A stretch of 64,000 nt of DNA from Candidatus Woesearchaeota archaeon (GCA_964412025.1 CAYPLY010000001.1:4797-68796), one strand, 5' to 3'. Counted from the stretch's first letter, positions 1 through 12,600 are shown. Numbers and translations are program-made. The notes: generated by a model from the letters alone, not told the origin.

Positions 1-493
1 TTCTTCCAGCACAACTTTTTTTAATGTATTTTGGTAGGAGTATAGAAGCTTGAGGTCTATGGCATACAGAGAAGGCATCATTAACATAAATTTCAAAGTT
101 TTTAGAAAAGAAATTTGTAAGTGCGTTTGGTTTTGTATCAAATTCTTCTTTAAGATTTCTAACGTTTTCTAGGAGTATTGCTTCCCCTTCCTTCAATTCT
201 TTTATTTTCTTTTCTGCTTTTTCTCCAATAATGTCTTCAACAAACGTAACTTTAGAATATTTGTTTAATTGTTTGCAGTGTTGCTTTAATGAGATAAAAT
301 CCTCATCCCCCGGTCTTCCTTGGTGTGCAAGAATTACTAATTTTGCTTTCTTTTTCTTTAATTCATTTATTGTTATTGAGGCTTCTTTTATTCTTTCTGA
401 TTTTAGAAGTTTTTTATTCTGAACATCAGAATTTAAATCAGATCTAAGCAAGACCGTTTTTCCTTTGAAATCAAAATCATTTAGAGTTTTCAT
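1..493 (-). CDS. pgk: Phosphoglycerate kinase (3' part runs off window start)
   Basis: Not in ORF track. Manual translation from ATG at 493 gives MKTLNDFDFKGKTVLLRSDLNSDV...ILAHQGRPG...LLENVR...YVNDAFSVCHR, all PGK motifs; lies downstream of gap. Confidence 0.95.
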   Translation of the reverse strand, partial: MKTLNDFDFKGKTVLLRSDLNSDVQNKKLLKSERIKEASITINELKKKKAKLVILAHQGRPGDEDFISLKQHCKQLNKYSKVTFVEDIIGEKAEKKIKELKEGEAILLENVRNLKEEFDTKPNALTNFFSKNFEIYVNDAFSVCHRPQASILLPKYIKKSCAGR

Positions 494-526
494 TTTTGTT
501 TTATGCTTAGGGACTTTAATTAAGTC

Positions 527-1510
527 TTATCTTAAACGTTTGATGAGTTCAACTATTCTATTTGAATACCCGTACTCATTATCATACCAAGAGAGAACTT
601 TAACCAGGTTTCCATTGGCTTGGGTTAGGATAGAATCAACAATTGAAGAACTTGGATTTTTTATTATGTCTGATGAGACTAGTTCTTCTTCAGAGTATTC
701 TAATATTCCTTTTAATTCTTTTTCTGAAGCATTCTTTAAGGCTGTATTAACTTGCTCTTTTGTAACTTGAGCATTTAATACCGCTACAAAGTCGGTTATA
801 CTCCCGCAAGGAACTGGAGCTCTTATTGCTAATCCATCTAGTTTTCCTTTTAGTTCTGGAATTACTTCAACAACAGAAGTTGCTGCTCCAGAAGTTGTAG
901 GTATAAGGTTTACTGCTCCTGCTCTCCCCCTTCTTAATTTTTTATGGGGAACATCTAAAATAACCTGGTCATTGGTATATGCATGTACTGTCGTCATATA
1001 TCCTCTTTCAATTTTGAAATTATCATTAAGAACCTTAACAATTGGGGCTAGGCAATTAGTTGTACAGGATGCCATAGAGATTATTTTGTGTTCTTTTTTT
1101 AGTTGGTTTTCATTAACCCCTAAAACCACTGTGATATCCGGATTTTTTCCTGGAGCAGAAATTAAAACTTTCTTTGCTCCTCCCCAAAGGTGCTTGTTTG
1201 CCCCCTCTCTATCTGTAAATTTTCCTGTTGATTCAACAACCACATCTACTCCCAATTCTCCCCAGGGTAAATTTTCAGGTTCTTTTTCTGAGAAGACAAG
1301 TATCTTTTTCCTGTTTATTTTTATGAAATTCTCACCAAATTCTATTTTTCCTTCATAGTTCCCATATACAGAATCGTGTTTCATCAAGTATACAATTGAT
1401 TCAATGCTAGCTAAATCATTTATTGCTACAACATTTATTCCCTTTTCAATTGCTATTTTCAAAACAGCTCTACCAATTCTTCCTAAACCATTAATTGCTA
1501 TTTTTACCAT
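527..1510 (-). CDS. gap: Glyceraldehyde-3-phosphate dehydrogenase, class I (bacterial-type)
   Basis: KIAINGLGRIGR, ASCTTNCL active site, SWYDNEYGYS; start moved to ATG at 1510 (MVKIAING). Confidence 0.96.
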   Translation of the reverse strand: MVKIAINGLGRIGRAVLKIAIEKGINVVAINDLASIESIVYLMKHDSVYGNYEGKIEFGENFIKINRKKILVFSEKEPENLPWGELGVDVVVESTGKFTDREGANKHLWGGAKKVLISAPGKNPDITVVLGVNENQLKKEHKIISMASCTTNCLAPIVKVLNDNFKIERGYMTTVHAYTNDQVILDVPHKKLRRGRAGAVNLIPTTSGAATSVVEVIPELKGKLDGLAIRAPVPCGSITDFVAVLNAQVTKEQVNTALKNASEKELKGILEYSEEELVSSDIIKNPSSSIVDSILTQANGNLVKVLSWYDNEYGYSNRIVELIKRLR

Positions 1511-1594
1511 CTTTTTATACAATGAAAAGAAGAATTGATTTAATAAATCTTACTAATCAAAAATTAAAAAATAAAGAAATAGAAAAAAAGAGAT

Positions 1595-1672
1595 TTACTT
1601 TCTCTTTTTCTTCGCAGCTTTTTTCTTAGCTGGTTTTTTAGCTACTTTTTTTGCAGCTTTTTTCTTAGCCAT
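1595..1672 (-). CDS. 25-aa Lys/Ala-rich histone-H1-like micro-protein
   Basis: MAKKKAAKKVAKKPAKKKAAKKKRK*; GAGGTGA Shine-Dalgarno 5 nt upstream and a CTTATAAAG TATA-like box further upstream; below the ORF-track cutoff. Confidence 0.8.
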   Translation of the reverse strand: MAKKKAAKKVAKKPAKKKAAKKKRK

Positions 1673-1771
1673 TCTTATCACCTCATGTTTAATTGGTATT
1701 GTAAATCCTTAAAACTTTATAAGTGTTTTGCAAATTAATTAAATATTAATATTTATCCTCGATAAAATTAA

Positions 1772-3493
1772 TTATATTTCTTTAAAAGAAATCTTTTCGT
1801 TTACCAAATTTCTTAAAATCTCTCTTAGTTTTTCAATTTTAACTCTTTTTTGAACTCTTGAATTTCTATCTCGAATTGTTATATCTTTGTTTTTCAAAGA
1901 ATCATCGTCTATTGTTATACAAAAAGGGGTTCCTATCTCATCATTTCTAGCATACCTTCTACCAATGCTTCCAGATTTATCATATGCAATATTAAATTCT
2001 TCTCTTAAATCTTTTACAATTTCATCTGCAATCTTTTCAAAGTCCTCTCTTTTAACTAAGGGAAAGACCGCTGCTTTTACTGGAGAGATTCTTGGAGGAA
2101 ATTTAAACATGCTTCCCTCTTTTCCTAAAGAATAGAAAATATCAAGTAAAGTCCAGACATTTCTATCCACACCAAAACTTAATTCTAAAATATGTGGAAG
2201 AATCTTTTTATCTTCGTAGGAAACAGTTAAATCTTTTCCAGAAATCTTGCTATGTCCTAGTAAATCATGATCTGTTCTATAGTGTATTCCTCCAACTTCT
2301 TTAAATCCTCCCAGAGTGTCTAAAAGAACTTCTACATCAAAATGTAACTTATTATAAAATGCTCTTTCTTCTTTGTTTAATTCTCTTAACCTGAATTTTT
2401 CTTTAGGAATCTTAAGAATTTTCAAATAAAAATTTTGGACTTTTAAAGCGTGGAATAAATAGAATTTAGGAATCTCAAATTTTTTGTTTAATTCTTCACA
2501 TTCAACTTCCTCAACAGATTCTTTATCTGCAAATTTAATTCTTAATTTACCCTTTTTAACTTCTTCCCATTGTTCATGTTCATTTATTTTATCTGGATCA
2601 AAGAATATTTGTAATTCTGCTTGTGAGAATTCTCTTAATCTGAAGAACATTTGTCTTGGGGATATTTCATTTCTGTATGCTTTATCTATAATTGCTAACC
2701 CCAGAGGAAGTTTATTCCTTGTTGCCTGGAATTCTTCTTTAAATGCAAGATAAGCTGCCTGTGCAGTTTCTGGGCTAAGATATGCTTTTTCTTCATTGAA
2801 TCCTATATTTACCGGAAACATCATGTTAAACTGTTTTATTGGAATTAATTCTCCACCGCATTTTGGGCATTTAAGCTTTAATTCATCCATTTTCTCATTC
2901 ATTTTCTCGATTGAAATAGATCCTGCATTTTCAACTCCATTATCTTCTAAGAAAGTATCTGCTCTGAATCTAAAATGGCATTTTTTACATTCAGTCATTG
3001 GATCATTAAAGTTTTCTATATGTCCAGATGCCTTAAATACTGGCTCTGGAAGAATATTATTTCCTTGTATTTCATAAAAATTATCGTTTAGTGCCAAGAT
3101 ATTTTTTCTCCAAAGATTCTCCCAATTCATTTTTAAAATTTTTCCAAGATGCCCATAAGTGAAAAATCCCGCTTTTCCTCCATAAATATTTGCTGTTTGA
3201 AAAAAGATTCCTCTTTTGCTTGCAATTGAATTTATTTCATTTAATTTTTCTTCTGGTTTTACTTCTCTTTCTTCAACAATTTCTTCTGAGTTTTTTTCTT
3301 CATTTTCCATTTTAATTTCTTTTTTATTCAAATCAATGTTTTTAATCATTTCTGCATATTTTTTCTCAGCCTCTTCTCTGTTTGTCCCTAAATATGCAAC
3401 GTGTTTGCTCGTTACTTTATTTCCGCTTCTGACACTTTTTCTTAGATAAAAATAATCCTTTCCATTTATTTTTTGCTTAACAATATAAGCCAT
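1772..3493 (-). CDS. glyS: Glycyl-tRNA synthetase (archaeal/eukaryotic alpha2 type) with extra N-terminal domain
   Basis: YGG.AGF, LSPETAQ, YRNEISPR...RLREFSQAELQ, HILELSFGVDR, SIGRRYARNDEIGTPFCITID anticodon domain. Confidence 0.95.
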   Translation of the reverse strand: MAYIVKQKINGKDYFYLRKSVRSGNKVTSKHVAYLGTNREEAEKKYAEMIKNIDLNKKEIKMENEEKNSEEIVEEREVKPEEKLNEINSIASKRGIFFQTANIYGGKAGFFTYGHLGKILKMNWENLWRKNILALNDNFYEIQGNNILPEPVFKASGHIENFNDPMTECKKCHFRFRADTFLEDNGVENAGSISIEKMNEKMDELKLKCPKCGGELIPIKQFNMMFPVNIGFNEEKAYLSPETAQAAYLAFKEEFQATRNKLPLGLAIIDKAYRNEISPRQMFFRLREFSQAELQIFFDPDKINEHEQWEEVKKGKLRIKFADKESVEEVECEELNKKFEIPKFYLFHALKVQNFYLKILKIPKEKFRLRELNKEERAFYNKLHFDVEVLLDTLGGFKEVGGIHYRTDHDLLGHSKISGKDLTVSYEDKKILPHILELSFGVDRNVWTLLDIFYSLGKEGSMFKFPPRISPVKAAVFPLVKREDFEKIADEIVKDLREEFNIAYDKSGSIGRRYARNDEIGTPFCITIDDDSLKNKDITIRDRNSRVQKRVKIEKLREILRNLVNEKISFKEI

Positions 3494-3499
3494 GTTTTG

Positions 3500-3538
3500 A
3501 TAACTACATTTTGTTTTATAAATGTTATTATAACTACA
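3500..3538 (-). promoter_or_regulatory. glyS promoter: TATA box flanked by 9-bp direct repeat TGTAGTTAT
   Basis: ATAACTACA at 3500-3508 and 3530-3538 (+ strand) with TTTATAAA at 3515-3522 between them; ATG 6 nt from the proximal copy. Confidence 0.6.
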
Positions 3539-3627
3539 AATTTCTGTTTATTATTTATACATATATAATAAGTATTTTTAACAAATAATAGATATATTTA
3601 TAAGGTATATTACATAAATAATAAGTA

Positions 3628-6600
3628 ATGGGAAGGACTCGATTAGCAAAGGCACTAGTTAGTAGTTTACAAAGAAATAAAGAGGCTTCTCAAAGCAGAA
3701 AAAATGAGCTTGTTGATTATTTAAAAAGATTAAATCAAGCACATGCAAATAAACAGATTTCTGGGGCAAAATATGTAGAGACGCTCACGAAAAAAACCAA
3801 TGGAAGAAACATAAAAGAGTGGGTTGATTATTATGAAAATTATTCTAAGAACTGCGAAAAGGCGATCGAGAGACAAAAGGCAAAGGTAATAAGGAACAGA
3901 GTTTTAGCTTTATTTTTTGGAGTTCTATTTTTAGGAGGGTTTATTTTTGCTGCTCTTTCTTTAGATTATTCTAGTATTGGGTTAACAGGATTTTTTGTGG
4001 GTGAAGGATTTCAGGAACAAGAGTATTCACAGATAATTGGACTGATAACTAATGAATCTACAAATTATGAATTGAACTTAGAAAATCCTGGACAATTAAG
4101 TTCAGTTAAAATTAATGGTGAGATAAAAGGAGAGGGAGAGATTAAAGTTTATCTCAATGATTTGTTAATATTGGATAGTTCAAAGATTAAATCGAAATCA
4201 AGTTCTCCAAAATATAATTCTCCTTTAACCGGAATGATTATTGAAGAAACAGAAACAATAACAACAGATTCTCAGACAACTACTTCAGAAGATTCATATT
4301 CAGAAACAGAGACTCCTTCAAAAGAAGATTCGAGTCCTTCCCAGGAGGAGTCTCTAACTGAAACTACAAATTCTCAAACAATTTCATCAGAAGTATCATA
4401 TTCAGAAGAGAAGATAGAGAGCGAGGTTCCTTTGCAAGAAGAGTCGAGTCCTTCCCAGGAGGAACCTCAAGCTTCTGAAAGTTTAGATAAGACTTTGGAT
4501 GATACGCCTCAAACAGAAAACGAATCGATTTCATATTCAGAAACAGAGACTCCTTCAAAAGAAGAGTCGAGTCCTTCCCAGGAGGAGTCTCTAACTGAAA
4601 CAAATCAATCATACCCCCAGAGAAATCAAACAGAAGATATTGAAACTAATGAGAGAGAAGTTCAAACAAATGTTACTTATGAACAGGAAAGCAATGAAAC
4701 ACAATCCAATATATCATATTCAGAAACAGAGACTCCTCTAAAAGAAGAGTCGAGTCCTTCCCAAGGGGAGTCTCTAACTGAAAATATTTTTAATGAGTTT
4801 TGTGAAGATACATGCAATCTCGAAAAATTGAATTTAACAAATTCTTCTTATACTTTAAGAGTAGAGATAGAAGGAAATGTTACACTAAGGTTGGGGAGTA
4901 TTGATTATTCTATTATTCTGGAAGAAGTTCCTCTTATCTCGGAGAATATTACAGTAAATACTGTCCAGTATGATGCAGTTCTTGGAAAACCAGTAAAATG
5001 GAAAAAGCAAATCGAACTTCCTGAAAAAGGAAATGTTAAGGTTGAACTTCCAAAGGGTTCTGAGAAAATTGTTGTTAGCAAGATTATTGATAGAGAATCA
5101 TATTCAGAAAAAGAAGCTTCTCAAAAAGAAGAGTCGAGTCCTTCCCAAGGGAAGCTTCTTACTGAAAATAGGAAAGTTAAAGAAAAATCAAACTCAATAG
5201 AAGTATTAATTGAAGATAATTCTGACTTATATGAAATTGAATATGAAACTCCTGCACCATACTCTTCTGAAGAAGAAACTGAAAAAGGAAAGAAAGTAAT
5301 AATTGCAGGTTCTGAAGAGGTTCATTATGAAAATGTTTTAGCATTTACAAATTTAAGTGAAAGTTTGGATATAAGAAGTCCTTCTGAACTGAAAATATAC
5401 TGGATTGAAGAAGAAGTTTACCTTCCTGCAGAGAGGGTTGAAGACAAAGATAATAACGGATTTTATGATTATGTTGAATGGATTGTTCCTCATTTATCCA
5501 ATCAGACATTTTTGATAACTATCCAATCAGGGACAGAAGGAAAAGATGCTCATATTGATAGTTCAACTCCAAACAGAAATTTTGGCGCATCTACTTCTAT
5601 GATAATAAGTAACACAGAAAGAATGTTGCTAGAATTTGATTTATCCGATGTAACAGAAACAGCAAATATTGTTAATGCAAATCTTACTTTATATTTATCT
5701 TCTGCAGGAACAGGAACTAATCCCATAAGTGTTTATAGGATAAATAACAGCTGGATTGAGGGTACAGGGGATAGCCAGAATACTTATGATGGAGTAACCT
5801 GGACTAACAGAAGCGGAACAGAAAGTTGGGATATCCCTGGAGGGGATTTTGATTCAAGAGTATGGGCAATTAGAAATTTAACAACAGCAGGAACTTATTA
5901 TACATTGGATATAACTCAGTTAGTACAGAACTGGGTTAATGGAACTTACGAAAATTATGGGATTATACTTTATGGTGAAAACGGACATGGACAATGGCAT
6001 TTCCCTTCAAGTGATAATATTAACGCTACAATCAGACCTCAGTTAAACATAACTTATAATGAATCTCAAGTTCCTGTAATAAATTCAGTGAGTATTCCGT
6101 CAACAATTAGAGAAGGAGAAAACCTAAGTTTAACAGCAAATATTACAGATAATTTGGAAGTTGAGGGAGCAATAATTGAGATAGATAATTTAAATTATTC
6201 ATTAGGACAAAATCCTCAAACAATCTCAAATGTTGCAATAATAAGGCCTGCTGCAAAAGGTACAATTGAAACTAACAGGGTGGTTAATTATCTTAACTCT
6301 TATGATAATAATAATGATACTTCTTCAGGAATAAATGCAGTTAATCCTCTCTTAACAATAAAAACTTCTGGAGTGAGCGTAGCAGGTATAATAAATTCAG
6401 TAAAGGTAAAAGTTATTCATTCTAAATTAAGTTATGACACAATAGGGTATTTACATTGGGCAAGCTCTAATGGAGGAGAAGAGCAAGGTTTAACCCATGA
6501 ATTTAATTCAACAAGTGAAACACCAGAGATAACAGAATTTGATGTTACATCAGAGAGGGACTGGAGTTTTGCAGATTTCAATCTTCTTACAGAAATACAT

Positions 6601-9600
6601 CTTAATAATTCAGATTCAACATTAAAGATATATGAAGTTTGGTTTGAAGTAAATTACACAACTCCTGCAAGCAACGACTTGTGGAACGGAACAATTGATA
6701 CTTCCAGATTATCTGCAGGAAATTACACTTATACTATTTTTGCAAATGATAGCTCAGATAATCTTGCAAATTATCAAAATAATTTTACAATATTACCTCA
6801 ACTTGTCCTGGTGAATGTTTCAATGAATGATGCGCAAGGGAATTTTCAGGAAGCTGAAGTTATAATTTATAATACTGAGAGTCAGGAAGTGGAGATGAAC
6901 TCAACTATGACTGAATCAGAATTAATATCTGTTGAAGAAGGAGAGAAGAATATTTTGATAAATCCTGTTGGAACTCCTGTATTCCAAATTGAATATGAAA
7001 ATACTTTAATTGAAAACTACACTGAAGGAATAATTGATATCGATCAGCCTTCTGAAGTAGAAAATTTTACCAAGGTATATGCATTAAATCCTCATTTAAA
7101 TACAAATGCTACAGTAACTGCATTTGCAACGGGTAATGAATTATACAAATGTAAAGACTGGAACTTTACAAATCAATCTTGTTATGGGGAATGGATTAAA
7201 GTTATGGATATCACTCCAGGAGAAGAATATAACTTCACACTCTCTCCAGAAGATCCTGCTTTTGCTGAAGTTATTGTAATAATATTTGCACATCATCTTA
7301 ACTCAACTAGAGACTTTATTTCGGATATCTACCAAGAGGTTGTTCTATTAGATGATATTTGGAGCGAGGAAATTCCTGATGGAGATTATGTTAGAGTTAC
7401 TTTTGAGAGTAATTTGACAAGTGATAGAGATATAACAATATATCCAAGGATAGTTTCAGGAACACCAAGGATTGAGATTTATGAAGTGAATGAAAGTACA
7501 TTGATTGCCGAATTTAATCCAATTATTAATAATTCTTATAACAAAAGATTCTTGACAAGTCTGATTGGAGAGCAAGATACATTTGATTTGAGAATTATTG
7601 GAGGAAGTGTTGAGTTTGATTATATTGTTGATCCTCCAGATTACTTAAGTTGCGTTTCAGGAACATGTATAGCAGTATTTAATATTACAACTGGTGCAAA
7701 CACATGGCAGGTTCCTACCGAAGTTACTGAAATAATGATTGAAGCTTGGGGAGGAGGCGGAGCAGGTGGAGGTTCTATATCGAATGGTTATGGTGGAGGA
7801 GGCGGAGCAGGTGGCCAGTATGCTAAACGTAATTTAACTGTAACTCCTTCGACTACTTTTAACATTTTTATTGCTTCATCAATAACGGGGGGTACAGGTG
7901 ATGGTTCACAAGGATATAATACAAGTTTCTTCAATTCTACAGGAAATTATGTTGTTGCAATGGGTGGTGAAGGAGGTAAAGGAGGAATTAATAAAGCTGC
8001 AGGGGCTGGAGGCTTAGGTTCTATTTCTGGAGGTGTGGGTACCACAATTTATGGGGGCGGAAATGGATACACTGGGAGTTCATCAGGAGGAGGAGGAGGA
8101 GGAGGTTCTGGAACAACTGGTTGGGGTGGAAATAGTACAAGTGCTACAGGAGGAACAGGAACTTCAATTGGGGGAGGAGATGGAGGTGCAGGTAACACAG
8201 ACGCAAGTGGAGACGCTGGACTTAATTATGGTGGAGCTGGAGGGGGAGGAGAAAGAGCAGGAGGAACTAATGGAGTGGGAGGAACAGGAGCACAAGGGAT
8301 GTTAAAAATAACATATGCAGAACCTGTTGATTTAACTTCTCCTCAGTATAATTCTGTTTCAGTTAATAATACTCTTGCAGGGCAAATAACTAATTTTGCA
8401 ATAAATGTGACTGATAATATCGCATTGCATCCAAATGGGCAATATATTTTCTCAACTAATAATACTGGAGTTTGGATAAATGATAGCTTTTGGCAAAAAG
8501 ATTTAACTATAAATGCAAGTTTGCCAGATATTGGAACTAATTCAAAACCTTCTGTATTTTATAAAGATTCTTCATGGTACCTAATAAGCGGTATTCAATC
8601 AGGGGAGTTTTTTGGTTTTGCTTATAATGGAACTAATTGGTTGCCAAATTCAACAATAAATGCAAGTTTGCCCGATATTGGATCTAATACAAACCCTTAT
8701 GTATTCTATAAAGATTCTTCATGGTATCTAATAAGCGGAGAAGCTGGGGGAAATTTTTATGGCTTTGCTTGGGATGGTACTCAATGGTTGCCAAATTCAA
8801 CAATAAATGCAAGTTTGCCCGGTATTGGAATTAGTTCAGTACCTTCTGTATTTTATAAAGATTCTTCATGGTATCTAATAAGCGGAGAAAGAGATGGAAA
8901 TTTTTATGGCTTTGCTTGGGATGGTACTCAATGGTTACCTAATTCAACAATAAATACAAGCTTGCCTAATCTTGGAGAAACTTCTTTCATATCTCCTTAT
9001 GTATTCTATAAAGATTCTTCATGGTACCTAATAAGCGGAGAAAATACTGGAAATTTTTATGGCTTTGCTTGGGATGGTACTCAATGGTTACCTAATTCAA
9101 TAATAAATGCAAGCTTGTCTAAAACAATTTCTAAATCATCTCCTTCTGTATTTTATAAAGATTCCTCTTGGTATTTAATCTCTGGAGATACAAATGGAAT
9201 ATTTTTTGGTTACAAATATTCTGATGCTACAAATTTCACCTCAACTCCTTCCTGGGCAAATGTTACAAAAACATTGAATTCAACTAGTGGGATGGTTGTA
9301 GGTTATAGGTGGTATTTCAAAGATTCTTATTCAACACCAAATTATAATTCAACACCTGTTTATACTTTGACAACGACTCCTTATTATGGTATCTTAAATG
9401 TTAGCATAATTCTTCCTGAAAATTATTCTGGATACTTCACTGGAAATACTAATTTAACAATAAATGCAAGTGTTACTTGTGTGGGTGGAGCATATTGCGG
9501 AACAGTAAGTGCGACAGCGAGATATAATCTTTCAAGTGCTTCTCCTGATACAAATATTAATATTAGTGAAGGAGGATCTCCTTTTTATAACCTTGGAAGT

Positions 9601-12600
9601 GGCGGAGAGGATATATATGTCTATAATTTTAGTGGGATAACTAATCCTTCTTCAACACATAAAGCTACTAATGGCTCATGTTCTTCATTTGTCTCATTTC
9701 AACCTAATAATCAATATGAGTTTTATAATGAAGGTTATTCTAATCTAGTTTTTATTGATGGATTTGTTACAAAAACTTCCCTTCCATCTGGATTTGGATC
9801 GAATAAACCTTATGAGAAATTTGATTTTAAAATTTTAGAGTCAAAAGATTCCATAAATGAGATAAATCTCTCAATATATGGAAGATCATATTCTAGTTCA
9901 GATTATCAATTTACTGTTTTTGTATATAATTATAGCGGAGGCATCATGGGTGATCCATGGAAGCAAGTATCTTCAATTAATTTAGAGGGTTTTCAATATC
10001 ATAATCTAACCTTTAACAAAACTACCTCCCCAAACATAGATGAGATAATTGGTTCTGATGGAATAATTCAGATTCTTGTAAAAGGTTATTCTGATATTGT
10101 TAGTACTTCTATTGAAGTTGATTTTATTGAAATCAAAGTCAATGGTTCCAGAGGAGCCTCAAATCCACAAACCTCCTCAGTAATTCTTAATGAGGGAGAA
10201 TCTTTCTATCCAAATTGGACAATAAACGTTACATCAACAACCCCCAATCAAGAATACTTGTTGGATGTTTTATTTAATTCAAGCTATGGAAATTCCAATG
10301 TTCTTGATAATAATACAGAAGACAGAAGAATAATATTGAATCCTGGTGCTGGAAGTTCTGAATGTGGTTCTCTAGATATTGAAAATAAATCATGTACCTT
10401 AACAGGAAATATTTCTTCCTTGGAAAATGGTTTTAATATAACAGCTCAAAATATAACTTTAGATTGTGGAGGAAATTACATAATAGGCAGTAATGTTCCA
10501 AATTCAAAAGGTATATTGATAAATAGCTCAAATGTAACAATTACGAATTGTAAGTTTTCTAATTTTCCAATAGATATTTACACTTTAAATGGAAATAATA
10601 TAACTTTGTATAACATAACTGGTGGTAGCGAATATGGTTTGATTGTAAATGGAACAACTAATAGCAATTTCACTAATATTTCTTTTAATAATGTTACAAT
10701 TGCAGGTATTTTAGTTACTAATAATTCACATAATAATACTTTCACAGATATAAACATAAACAGTAGTGCTCATGGAATATATGTTGAAGGGGGTCAGAGT
10801 AATACATTTGATTGTGCTAATGGTTTGATTAATTATTCCCAGGGAGGAGGAGGGTGGTATTTTGGTATTACAAGTAACCAGTTTAATACTACAATAAAGA
10901 ATTGTAATATTTTTAATTCTAATAGAACAACTACGTATTCATATAGCATGGGTATCCAATTAACTGGAAGTTCTAACTCTTCTTTATATAATAATTATGT
11001 TGATTCCGGAAGTTCTGCTGGGATATATGTTACAAACTCTCATTTTAATCTTTTGGTTAATAATTTTGGATCTTCTGTTAATAATCAGGGGTTAAGACTT
11101 GAATCCTCTTATAATAATCTTTTAATCAACAATACGGGGAGTAGTTCTTCAAATGGAGGTATTGGTATTACTGGAAGCACTTCTCATTCAAATACTTTAA
11201 TTAATTGTACAGCTAGAGGAGGCAATACAGGAGGAATGTATTTTACAACCTCTTCTCATGATAATGAGATAATTAATTTAAATGCTTCAGGTTCAAGGGC
11301 TGTACGTATTACAGGTTCTTCTAATAATACTATAAGAGATTGTTTATCTATTTCTGGAACGTCTGCTGATGTATATATATCAAATGATGCGGGAGGAATT
11401 AATAGTTCGTTTGTTAATTGTTCATATGACCTCAGTAAAGAAATATTTGAAGATGCTGTTAATGAGTTGACAAGGAAATGGTATTATATGGCATATGTTA
11501 ACGATAGTTCTGGAAATCCAGTTGAGAACGCAAACATAACTGCTTATAACTCAACAGGAGATTTACAATTTACGGCATTAACAAATTCAACAGGACATAT
11601 TTCAAGACAGGAAGTTATAGAATATTTTAATGATGCAGGAACAAGAAGTTATTATAACAATTATACAATAAACGCAAATAAATCTGGTTATATTAATGAT
11701 AGTAATGAGTTTAATTTTACAATAACGCAGAATAAGGTTGACGATTGGTTTACTTTAACGGAGGAAGCAGCAGGTCCTGCAGATTGTAATACAATTGGTA
11801 ACTCTGGGATTTTAGATACGGATAATGGGGTTTATACTTTAACAGAGAATATCTCATCACAGGGAACATGTTTGACTGTTGCTGCAGCAAATGTAACAAT
11901 TGATTGTAATGGATATTGGATAACTTTTTCAACTGATGGAGCAACAGGCACCAGAGGTATTTACTCCAATCAATTTAATACAACTATAAAAGATTGTAAT
12001 ATAATTGATGGGAACTGGACAACTCCAGATAGTTGGAGAGCAGGAGTTTTCTTTACTATTGGGGCAGATTATGGATTAATACAGAATGTTTCTACTAATG
12101 TCAGTAATTGTCACGGTATTGATATTAATGGGGGTTCTGGTATAAGAGTATATAATTCTACAGGAAGGACAAAAGATTATCATGGAATAATAATATGGAC
12201 TGATGCTTCTAATATTACTCTATTAAACTCTACAGGAATATCGAATACAAGTGTAGGTATTGGAATATATGGTAACAATAATTCTATTTATAATTCTACA
12301 GGGCAGTCTACATATAATAGTTATGGTATCTATTTACCTTCAGTTTCTAATAATCTAATCTCTGGGTGTAATGCTAGTTCTGATTCAAATCATGGAATAT
12401 TTGCCCAGAACAGTACAAATAATACTTTAATTAATAATAATATAACAAGTAATTCTGGGGGCGGGATTGTTATTTATTCTTATTCAACAAATAATACTCT
12501 CATAAATAATAATGTATCAACAAATTCTGGAAGTGCAATTTACATTCTGGCGCTTTCCAATAACAATACTTTACTTAGAAACAATGCTACAACTAATTCA

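Noticed and set aside
4294..5166. CRISPR array interpretation of the repeats
   Set aside because: Repeats are 69-84 nt, irregularly spaced and in frame within a CDS, with no cas genes.
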